Below, piece by piece: positions 56,565-64,000 of a stretch of DNA of 64,000 nucleotides. The translations under genes and the position numbers were made by a program. Positions within the stretch are counted from its first letter, which is position 1, and the number at the start of each line of letters is the position of its first letter. Source of the stretch: a virus (Duplodnaviria > Caudoviricetes); IMG/VR virus record IMGVR_UViG_3300020814_000535; one strand, written 5' to 3'. Under the pieces are notes generated by a model. That model saw only the letters and a list, made by a program, of their open reading frames with translations, searched no databases and was not told the origin of the DNA.

Positions 56565-57359
56565 TTACCTTCGACCTTTATTGCCGACAATGGCTCCTTT
56601 TAAGACTGGCGACTTAATGTTGTAATCTTCGAACAAGGTGTAAAGATCTCTGCTGTCTTTCGGCAAGCATTTTCCACCAAAACCTCTAAATCCATCTGGA
56701 CCTGGGACATGAGTATGTTGATCTAGAACCCATGCGTTCTTGCCTTCCCATACAAAATTCTCTCTGAATTCTGAATAGTCGATTCCCATTACTTCACATA
56801 AATCAAACAGCTCGTTCATGTATTCGACCTTAATGGCATACAAGCTATTTCGCGCCATCTTAATTAACTCAGCCACTTTTGGTGTTGTGATTTTTATTTT
56901 AACGCCTGGACCAAGAAGATCTCTGTAAAGCACAGAAACCTTTTCTGCGGCCTCCTGATTAATCGTTCCAATGATAACTTCGTCTGCATGTAGAAAATCT
57001 GTATTAGCTGTTCGCTCCGTAAGAAATTCTGGGTTAAAGACAATTCTGTCTGTCCCGAAGTATGTTATTAAATCTTCGGTCACTCCAACGGGGATCGTAG
57101 ACTTGATAACAAGAATGCCTTCTCTATTGCTCCGCTTCTCCCATAACTCCACAGATTCTTTAACAGCTGACAAATCAAGTTTCTTGCCATTTAGATTTGT
57201 TGGGACACACACAAAGACGACATCTTGTTCAACCACAGACAAAGAGTTGTCTTTGTGTTCATCGATAAATTTGTCATATATAACAATTGGCGAATTTAGT
57301 CTCATCGCACTCGTCGCTTTTCCGACAAAGCCGTAACCAATAATCCCTACAGTTATCAT
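56565..57359 (-). CDS. UDP-glucose/GDP-mannose dehydrogenase family (short form)
   Basis: GYGFVG, FVCVPT, IKSTIP, NPEFL, AEL.K, GFGGKCLPKD. Confidence 0.9.
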   Translation of the reverse strand: MITVGIIGYGFVGKATSAMRLNSPIVIYDKFIDEHKDNSLSVVEQDVVFVCVPTNLNGKKLDLSAVKESVELWEKRSNREGILVIKSTIPVGVTEDLITYFGTDRIVFNPEFLTERTANTDFLHADEVIIGTINQEAAEKVSVLYRDLLGPGVKIKITTPKVAELIKMARNSLYAIKVEYMNELFDLCEVMGIDYSEFRENFVWEGKNAWVLDQHTHVPGPDGFRGFGGKCLPKDSRDLYTLFEDYNIKSPVLKGAIVGNKGRR

Positions 57360-57368
57360 GCTTCTCCT

Positions 57369-58187
57369 TTAGTACCTAAGAGCTGGAGGAGGATTCCAAT
57401 TTCCGGGAAACTTGGGATGATAGAAAGGCTCACAGACACTCCATTCATTTACCCCTTTAATCGGATCGTTAAACGGAGTGCAGTATTGTTCGCTTCCATG
57501 GTTCCCACCCCATTTTGCCACATAGTAGGTCGACCATCTATGGCAATTATGTTGATGCAGGCTTAATAAATCTGGATCTGTATTACAAGCTACAGATGCG
57601 CCGTAGGAGTGAACGACGTCTTCTTGTCCCAGACATTTAACAAGAGAAGAGCTTTGAGTATTTATAGTTGAACGCTCTCCAGCTTTTGCAACTCTGTGGC
57701 CTACGCCGTTAAATTTTGACCGATGACTATAGTCTGTATCTTCATAATAAATAGGCCAAAAGTTCTCATCAAAATACCCGCCCATTTCAACTCCGAGCTT
57801 TGTATGAGCGAAACAATGAAGGCTGGCCGAGCTAGAACAAATATACCTGCACATCTTTTCATTTTCTTCTTGTCGAAGAATGGCCTCGACAAACCATTGG
57901 ACAGGCTTATCAAAGACAGCTGATGCAGATAGGATAATCACAAAATCATCTTGATCTTCCATCATCCGACGCATACCCAGGTTCCAGCTGGCCCCTAAGC
58001 CAAGGTTGTAAGTGCAGCCGTAGGTCTCGGCACCTCTACGAGCAAATTCTTTCACAAACTTTTCTGTCTCTGGATCGGTCCAGTTATTTACGACGATCGT
58101 TTGCTTTTCGAGACCAGCAAGATCAGAAAGTTTTTGTTCGACCAAAGAAGCTGGGGTAGTTACGGGAAGAAGAATTTTAAACGACAT
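57369..58187 (-). CDS. GT-A (GT2-like) glycosyltransferase
   Basis: NLGLGASWNLG, G.FDENFWP.YYEDTDY..R, YY..KWGG. Confidence 0.75.
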   Translation of the reverse strand: MSFKILLPVTTPASLVEQKLSDLAGLEKQTIVVNNWTDPETEKFVKEFARRGAETYGCTYNLGLGASWNLGMRRMMEDQDDFVIILSASAVFDKPVQWFVEAILRQEENEKMCRYICSSSASLHCFAHTKLGVEMGGYFDENFWPIYYEDTDYSHRSKFNGVGHRVAKAGERSTINTQSSSLVKCLGQEDVVHSYGASVACNTDPDLLSLHQHNCHRWSTYYVAKWGGNHGSEQYCTPFNDPIKGVNEWSVCEPFYHPKFPGNWNPPPALRY

Positions 58188-58738
58188 TATAGCTTTCTGT
58201 ACGCAATCACTTGATTTCTAGGACTATTTTCATCAGTATCTCCAAACCAACCAACAAGCTCTATGGGTAAATACTTGCATAATTCAAACCAAAAGTCTCT
58301 AAGAAACCTCACACAATCAACAGGTATTCTGTGCAGCTGAAAATCTGGACCAACGGTATGAATAAAAATATAGCCACCTTGCTTGCACATATTAGCCATA
58401 TTTTCGACAAATATGCTAGGTCGGCATACATGCTCAAGTGTAGCTTGGGAGAAAATAGAGTCGTATTTTTTTGTAACCGGCTGAATAATGCACAGATCTT
58501 TCTCTGGAGTTTCTCCTTTTTCTCCCTCATATCCTAAAGCGTAAAAAACTATATCAGGAAACTGACCTTGAAGAACGGAGATAACTTCTTTTGGTTCTGC
58601 CACCAAAAGACACTCTCCGGCCGGGGAGTAGTGCTCAAGCATATCTAAAAGCTGTTTTACAAAGAAACGAGAGATGTTCGGGGCTACAAGATGCTCTCTA
58701 GTCGAAGGGATCTTAGACCAGTCTTTAAATTCTGACAT
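58187..58738 (-). CDS. Class I SAM-dependent methyltransferase
   Basis: YDSIFSQATLEHV, KQGGYI, HR.P.DC.RF. Confidence 0.75.
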   Translation of the reverse strand: MSEFKDWSKIPSTREHLVAPNISRFFVKQLLDMLEHYSPAGECLLVAEPKEVISVLQGQFPDIVFYALGYEGEKGETPEKDLCIIQPVTKKYDSIFSQATLEHVCRPSIFVENMANMCKQGGYIFIHTVGPDFQLHRIPVDCVRFLRDFWFELCKYLPIELVGWFGDTDENSPRNQVIAYRKL

Positions 58739-59707
58739 CTATTTATTTTCTTTTGTTTTGCTAATTGCAAATTCCACAATATCTTTTAAAGTTCTAGTCG
58801 GCTGCCAACCAGTGTCCTTTTGAACGAGATCGATATTAGGTATCTTTTCCCAAGCTTCTGCGAAAGTTGGCCCATGCTCAATCTGTGGATCAACGATATT
58901 AATTGGAGAGCTTGACCCCGTGTACTCGACAACCATCTTTGCTAAATCCATAATCGAATGCAGATTAGCTGGATTCCCCACATTGTAGATTCGGCCGTTC
59001 GAGCCCTTTCTCATTATAAGAATAATTCCCTCAACAAAGTCTCTAACATCGGTAAAAGTTCTGCGTTGTGTTCCTGGCTGATAAACCGTCAACGGAAGTC
59101 CAGACAGTGCTTGTTGTAGAAAACGAGGCAATACAAACCCTGCAGCCGCCTGTTGTCCGTAAGAAACGATATTATATGGGCGAACAATATTGCAGCGTAA
59201 ACCAAACCTGGTTACGAGATTAGTTAAGAATACCTCGCATAACAACTTAGATACACCGTATTCCAGACGCACGGTTATATTAGAAGGAACAACCTTCTCG
59301 ATATTTTCCTTTTGAGGGATTCCATTCGGGTCTTTTCCGTAAACCTCAGAAGTGCTGATATCAATCAGTTTTGCACCTTGTTCCATGGCCAGCTTTGCCA
59401 TCTTCGCTGTATCCGCCACAATCATTGGCCCCATCTCTCCAGCCCACTTCAAAACTCCAACTGGGCCAACAGGCGAAGCTAGATGGTAGATTTCATCATA
59501 CCTATTGTTGGCCTCAAATTGCTGAACCGAACAAATCTCTATATGGACTCGAGGATCGGATAGAATACTGTCCCCTGAAAGGAGAGAACTGTTCGACAGA
59601 TTGTCGCAGCCATCAATAAGCTCTGTCTCAGAATCTTCGAGGAGATAGTTTGTGAGAACTCTGCCAATGAACCCGGTAATACCAGTAACAAGAATTTTTT
59701 TAGACAA
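58739..59707 (-). CDS. NAD-dependent nucleotide-sugar epimerase/dehydratase (UDP-glucuronate decarboxylase-like)
   Basis: VTGITGFIG, IYHLASP, STSEVYG, YGVSK, QRRTFTDV.D. Confidence 0.9.
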   Translation of the reverse strand: MSKKILVTGITGFIGRVLTNYLLEDSETELIDGCDNLSNSSLLSGDSILSDPRVHIEICSVQQFEANNRYDEIYHLASPVGPVGVLKWAGEMGPMIVADTAKMAKLAMEQGAKLIDISTSEVYGKDPNGIPQKENIEKVVPSNITVRLEYGVSKLLCEVFLTNLVTRFGLRCNIVRPYNIVSYGQQAAAGFVLPRFLQQALSGLPLTVYQPGTQRRTFTDVRDFVEGIILIMRKGSNGRIYNVGNPANLHSIMDLAKMVVEYTGSSSPINIVDPQIEHGPTFAEAWEKIPNIDLVQKDTGWQPTRTLKDIVEFAISKTKENK

Positions 59708-59715
59708 AATCTCTC

Positions 59716-60315
59716 CTATAGTCTAGAGGCGATCTCTTTAAACTCCTCTATTGTGTAAAGACGAAGATCTGCAGTCTTCTTGCGAAAATCTTCGTAAGAT
59801 AAACAAGCGTCAACCTCTTCAGGTTGAATTGAAGAAAGTTTTTCTGCTCCTCGCACAATGGTAACGCCATAATCGCTGTCACAAACCCAAAGGTCAACAA
59901 GCCCTTGCTCAGCTCTAACCTTCAAAGGAAGAAGGACTTTGTAAGCATCTTCGCAGTACCAACGAGCGGTAAGACTGGCTTCCTGTGGAAAGAGATCGTG
60001 CAAAATGATAATTCCGCCTTTTTCCAAGTGAGCAATTGAGTTGTTGAGATCTTGCAGAACGCATCGCCAAGCATGATCCGCATCAATATAAATTAGATCC
60101 CACTTTTGACTTGGAAAAATACTCTGAAAAAACGAACCTGTATCTGTTAAACAGAATTTAAAATCCGGAGATTCTATAAGGTGGCTTTGGATATCTACGC
60201 CAATCTTCTCCCTCGCTCCTACCGACGCAAGGTGATGTCCACCAGCGACCCCAAGCTCTAGATAACGCGCCACTTGAAGCTTCGGCCAATTGCAAATAAA
60301 CCAACTAATCGCCAT
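59716..60315 (-). CDS. Class I SAM methyltransferase (Methyltransf_24-like)
   Basis: YLELGV..G, DLIYIDADH, GGIIILHD. Confidence 0.85.
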   Translation of the reverse strand: MAISWFICNWPKLQVARYLELGVAGGHHLASVGAREKIGVDIQSHLIESPDFKFCLTDTGSFFQSIFPSQKWDLIYIDADHAWRCVLQDLNNSIAHLEKGGIIILHDLFPQEASLTARWYCEDAYKVLLPLKVRAEQGLVDLWVCDSDYGVTIVRGAEKLSSIQPEEVDACLSYEDFRKKTADLRLYTIEEFKEIASRL

Positions 60316-60992
60316 TAGATTATTCCTTTCATATGGTTAAGGAAAGCAAAATTGTCTCTAGCTTTCTGGAAAAACATCATACCACGGGGATTAGGAAGCG
60401 CGATAGATTGAACCTTCAAAGACTTCATATAAGGCCCAAGGCTCTCTCTAAAATCCCCATAGGGCCAGTCGTAAACATCGTGATAAGTCATGCCATGATG
60501 AGCCATATGATGATCTAAATCGTGAATAAAAATAAAGCCTCCGTCACGAAGGTTGGGCCAAAACTTTTCGAATTCAGCAAAACGATATTGAGGTTCCGAG
60601 TCCAAAAAGAGAATGTCGATCTTTACATCTTTGTCCAAAGAAACGTCCAAAGAAGACTTAAGAACACTGTCGATCTCATTTGCGACATCTACATCAATCC
60701 ATAGAGCCTGCGCCTCTTGTCTTAATCCTTCTAGAACCTCATAAGTCAAAACCTTACCTCTTTTATTTCTTTGACAAGCAAGCGCCATGTAAACAGAAGA
60801 GATTCCTAGATGAGTGCCAGTTTCAAGTATAAGATCAGGCTTGGCCATTCGGACAAAAGAATAAAGAAACTCCCCAACCTCAACTTCGACTCCCCCAGTA
60901 TTATACATTTCAAAGCCGGGCGGAATTTGATACTCTTCTGGCTGTCTCTCTAGTTTATTGGTTTTGCTAAGGATGTAATTAGTAATATCCAC
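60315..60992 (-). CDS. Class I SAM methyltransferase (Methyltransf_24-like)
   Basis: ILETGTHLG.S, IDILFLDS, GGFIFIHD. Confidence 0.85.
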   Translation of the reverse strand: MDITNYILSKTNKLERQPEEYQIPPGFEMYNTGGVEVEVGEFLYSFVRMAKPDLILETGTHLGISSVYMALACQRNKRGKVLTYEVLEGLRQEAQALWIDVDVANEIDSVLKSSLDVSLDKDVKIDILFLDSEPQYRFAEFEKFWPNLRDGGFIFIHDLDHHMAHHGMTYHDVYDWPYGDFRESLGPYMKSLKVQSIALPNPRGMMFFQKARDNFAFLNHMKGII

Positions 60993-61000
60993 TTTGTTCC

Positions 61001-62965
61001 CTAAATCTTAGACTCAAGAAAAGCTTTCCACGCATACTTAATCATATCTTTGTCAAAATGATGGATAGCCGATTCTCTTCCCTTTTGACCAATCTGTCGG
61101 GCAAACTCTTGGTCATTAAGAAGGAGCTGAATGTACATTCTCAACTCTTCTTTGCTATCAGAAACAAATCCATCTACTCCATTGGTAATCAAGCGGGGGA
61201 TTTCGTAGAGGTTGTGGCCAGCAAAATAACTCGCATTCCCTTTCTCAGGGCCAATAGCTACAATAGGGATACCCGAGTTATGGACTATAAATCCTTCGGC
61301 TCGATAGACTCCGTCTTTTGTTGAAAGATTATATACTCTTCCTTGAAATGGCTTTCTGGTAACAGATTTAATCCTCTTTGGTTTAATGTTCTTATCTTGG
61401 TCAAGCAATCTATTTCGTATTGAGAGTAAGCTGTCCTGTACTTCTGATTCAATCTGCTCTTGATGAAACCAATCAAAATTCCACATTGCTCTTTTTTTAT
61501 CAAGAGACAAGGATGCAATGCCTCCAACAAGTTCAACATCTTTAAGCCCTTCAACCAGAATTCGAAACTTACTTTTCGTCTCTGAAAAAACTCGTTCGAC
61601 CTCTTTGAAATCCCCTGGTTGGCTGTCTCGAATTTCTTCCCAAGCCACTTCGTTAAACATTGATCTGTATTTGTTATCTGCAAAATCGGGACTATTTTTC
61701 TGCGTTTTTTGTCCACCTTGAAGGACAGCGTCCCCTCCCCATCTATGATGCCTGCTAAGTAAGAGATCTCGCATGGCGTCATAGAAAATTCCAGAGGTTT
61801 GAAAGTAATCGAGTTCTGGCGTTTTAAACCCTCTGTTCTGAACTTCATCGTTATTGACCAATAACTCCTGTTCGGGAGCAAAGGCATCAATTCGTTCATC
61901 GGTTTTTTGTAATTCTCTAGCAATATCTCCAATTCTTCTTTTGTCCACTGAGTCACAATTAGCCTCCTGGTATTGATAGATACTATCTAGTATACCAAGA
62001 TTCTGCGCTTCTACAAAACCTCTTTGTGTCAAAAAAGGATGAGTTGGCGTACACGAAACGGATTGGCCATCCTCTGTAACAATTGTCAGCAAATCTCCTT
62101 TGTACTCCTTGATTAAAACATCTTCTATTTCGGTGTCAGAACTCACTAAAGTTTCTTCCGGAAAACACATCCAAGCCTCCATAAAATTCAGCGTGTAACT
62201 AGCTGGATGAGTTCCTGTGTAGAAATAAACTCTATTGCTATTCATCTCTTTCCTGAGATCGTCGTATTCGAGCTTGCCGCCCCAGAAAGGAATCCCGTCA
62301 TTACCGGGTCCATAGAGAACTCGATTGAATGGCCGAGTCACATCTTCAAAGAATGTGTAATTGCACGCGGCATCTCGAATCTGCATCGACTGACAAAAAG
62401 TTACGACCCGTTCTTTCTCTCCCGTCCAAGGTCCATATTCAGCAGGATCTTTGCCAAAACGAATAAAAGCATCCTGTCCAATAAAGCCAGGAATGTTTGC
62501 TTCCATCGGCGAGTAACGAACAACCTGCATTCCTCGTTCTCTGTAGGGACGCATGGTGTTTTCCGTGCTAGCTACAGACTGACCAATTGTTCGCCAGATA
62601 ACTCTCTTGTGTCTAATATTGACCCAATTCTCTGTAATGTATTTAGGCACATGCATTGCGATAATGACATCAAACTTATCTGCAATCTCTCTCGTAATAT
62701 AGGTTTTGCCGTCTTGTCCTGGACGAGCTTCCTCAAGCTTTTGCCACATCTCAACCATTTCGGGATCATACTGGAGATCTGGCATTGGAGGCCGCATGCC
62801 ACCTCCACCCGTAGCTGGATGCCAATAAGCTCCAGGGGAGAAAACCTCGTATCCCAATTCTCGAAAGATTCTTAACTCGTCATACTCGAGAATGGAATGA
62901 CAAGACAGATAAAGAATCTTCAATGGTTTGCTCCTAAGAATTTTTCTTTTGATTTTCATTCGCAA
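61001..62965 (-). CDS. GT-B (GT4-like) glycosyltransferase, intein-containing
   Basis: Spliced motif LNFMEAWM/SGIPIV, LITNGVDGF, IGQKGRE.A. Confidence 0.82.
   Translation of the reverse strand: MRMKIKRKILRSKPLKILYLSCHSILEYDELRIFRELGYEVFSPGAYWHPATGGGGMRPPMPDLQYDPEMVEMWQKLEEARPGQDGKTYITREIADKFDVIIAMHVPKYITENWVNIRHKRVIWRTIGQSVASTENTMRPYRERGMQVVRYSPMEANIPGFIGQDAFIRFGKDPAEYGPWTGEKERVVTFCQSMQIRDAACNYTFFEDVTRPFNRVLYGPGNDGIPFWGGKLEYDDLRKEMNSNRVYFYTGTHPASYTLNFMEAWMCFPEETLVSSDTEIEDVLIKEYKGDLLTIVTEDGQSVSCTPTHPFLTQRGFVEAQNLGILDSIYQYQEANCDSVDKRRIGDIARELQKTDERIDAFAPEQELLVNNDEVQNRGFKTPELDYFQTSGIFYDAMRDLLLSRHHRWGGDAVLQGGQKTQKNSPDFADNKYRSMFNEVAWEEIRDSQPGDFKEVERVFSETKSKFRILVEGLKDVELVGGIASLSLDKKRAMWNFDWFHQEQIESEVQDSLLSIRNRLLDQDKNIKPKRIKSVTRKPFQGRVYNLSTKDGVYRAEGFIVHNSGIPIVAIGPEKGNASYFAGHNLYEIPRLITNGVDGFVSDSKEELRMYIQLLLNDQEFARQIGQKGRESAIHHFDKDMIKYAWKAFLESKI
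61277..62167 (-). mobile_element. Intein (297 aa) whose central region carries an out-of-frame endonuclease gene
   Basis: CFPEETLV, CTPTHPFLT.RG, VYNLST...Y.AEGFIVHN/S; no endonuclease motif in its own frame. Confidence 0.9.
61285..61956 (-). CDS. Single-motif LAGLIDADG homing endonuclease with N-terminal Myb/SANT-like HTH, nested in the +1 frame inside the intein
   Basis: AGGAGG-6 nt-GTG start; WTKEELEIL..RS..SI; YLAGIIDGEG; ITNTD; HPCLLIKKEQ. Confidence 0.88.
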   Translation of the reverse strand: MTQWTKEELEILLENYKKPMNELMPLLPNRSYWSITMKFRTEGLKRQNSITFKPLEFSMTPCEISYLAGIIDGEGTLSFKVDKKRRKIVPILQITNTDQCLTKWLGKKFETANQGISKRSNEFFQRRKVSFEFWLKGLKMLNLLEALHPCLLIKKEQCGILIGFIKSRLNQKYRTAYSQYEIDCLTKIRTLNQRGLNLLPESHFKEEYIIFQQKTESIEPKDL

Positions 62966-63464
62966 CAGTAGTTGTCGTATTGATTAGCTGTTTTACAGAC
63001 TTCTTATATCTTTTGACAGCCGTTCTCGCTGCGCCAACCGTCTTAATATTTCCCTTTTCAAAATGCTTACATGTAGTCAAACGATGAATCGCTCTTTGGT
63101 ATTTGTTACACCAACCATTCTTTCGTTTACCATGAGAGCGAAGAAATTCCTGGGCATCTTTTGATAGCTTGTTAAATTGCGCGTACTTACACCATGTACA
63201 ACATTCAGCTATCTCAAGGTCAGGAAGTTCATAGAGAGCAATCATCGGCTCAACAGAAACATTGTAAAAATCGCCAGGAGACTCGGCCAAACGAACATAA
63301 TCAACAGTTGGCTTTGGTTTGTTAAGCATAATTGGCCTTGAAGACAATAGCTTTCCTTTTTCAACATGGACTCTATCTTGCAAAGCGTCAACCAACATTT
63401 CGGGAGGCAGCGGCCTTCGTTTCTCTTGTTCTTCTCTTGAAAGAGGAGGGAGTCTTTTTCTCAT
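62934..63464 (-). CDS. Basic hypothetical protein with Cys cluster
   Basis: CCTWCKY...GWC...TC..F. Confidence 0.6.
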   Translation of the reverse strand: MRKRLPPLSREEQEKRRPLPPEMLVDALQDRVHVEKGKLLSSRPIMLNKPKPTVDYVRLAESPGDFYNVSVEPMIALYELPDLEIAECCTWCKYAQFNKLSKDAQEFLRSHGKRKNGWCNKYQRAIHRLTTCKHFEKGNIKTVGAARTAVKRYKKSVKQLINTTTTVANENQKKNS

Positions 63465-64000
63465 TTAGACCTTTCGAACCCATATCGTCTGCTGAAAATC
63501 CAGGAGACAAATCCAGCCCTTCTTCTGGAGATATTCCTTCAGAAACTTGGGCTTGCCACCACTGGGAAGTTGGTTGTCGTCGGCCATTACGATTACGTCC
63601 TTAGGAAGCCTTGGCTCAATCGCCTTGAACTCATTCAAGCAATGGAGTTGAGCGGCGTCCCTCATTTGGATATTATCTTTGTCTTCTCCTACCGGGTAAT
63701 CCAGGCTATCAAGATAAAGAAGGTCGACTCTTCCCTGAAAATCCTTCAGAAAAGAAAGAGAGTCCGAGAGAACGTAATCGATACAGTCACACCATTCAAG
63801 TGTACATTCCTGACAAGTTACCAGATGGGGATGGAAATTGTCTACGGTAATTAGATGGCCGCCGTACTTGTGTAGGAACTCTCCAAAAATACTAGAAGAC
63901 ATTCCTGCCCCAAGATCATTAGCCAACCTTTGACAACCCGTTTCAAGGATTACTGGATCAGTCTTCTTCTTTTGCGAGAGAAGATTCAGGGCAATTTGGA
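63465..64000 (-). CDS. Class I SAM methyltransferase, 5' end beyond the window
   Basis: Frame open to the edge (..VILETGCQRLANDLGAG..); SDSL.FL, DLLYLDS.D, DD. Confidence 0.8.
   Translation of the reverse strand, partial: QIALNLLSQKKKTDPVILETGCQRLANDLGAGMSSSIFGEFLHKYGGHLITVDNFHPHLVTCQECTLEWCDCIDYVLSDSLSFLKDFQGRVDLLYLDSLDYPVGEDKDNIQMRDAAQLHCLNEFKAIEPRLPKDVIVMADDNQLPSGGKPKFLKEYLQKKGWICLLDFQQTIWVRKV

Noticed and set aside
1-64000. Stop-codon reassignment (seen in some large phages)
   Set aside because: TAA, TAG and TGA all end conserved genes at expected positions, and coding density is high under code 11

Overview
A 64-kb segment of what looks like a large (jumbo-type) dsDNA phage genome, read in standard code 11. 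No capsid, terminase or tail genes fall in this window. Bases 1-40111 are a dense + strand block of replication, nucleotide-metabolism and host-takeover genes. These include SSB, two deaminases, a GHKL ATPase, DUF932/DUF1257/DUF2997, SpoVG-like, tmRNA, GMPR/IMPDH, RNase HII, ThyX, ClpP, a Whirly-like protein, a Ycf46-type AAA ATPase, class II RNR, dNMP kinase, RecA, a two-gene DnaE, a phosphoesterase, UDG and DsrC. Bases 40112-64000 are on the - strand: a sigma-like protein, nucleases, an amidase endolysin, a vWA protein, a primase-helicase and a >12-kb nucleotide-sugar/glycosyltransferase/methyltransferase cluster, interrupted by a solo + strand tnpB. Six inteins are present. The most unusual feature is a glycosyltransferase intein whose single-motif LAGLIDADG endonuclease is a separate gene with its own Shine-Dalgarno site, nested in the +1 frame, while the intein frame stays open across it. 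Other highlights are a plant-type Whirly homologue, a tmRNA with a 36-residue tag plus a phage ClpP, three inteins in glycan genes, and an intein-less split DnaE. All family calls come from motif recognition by eye; no database searches were run.
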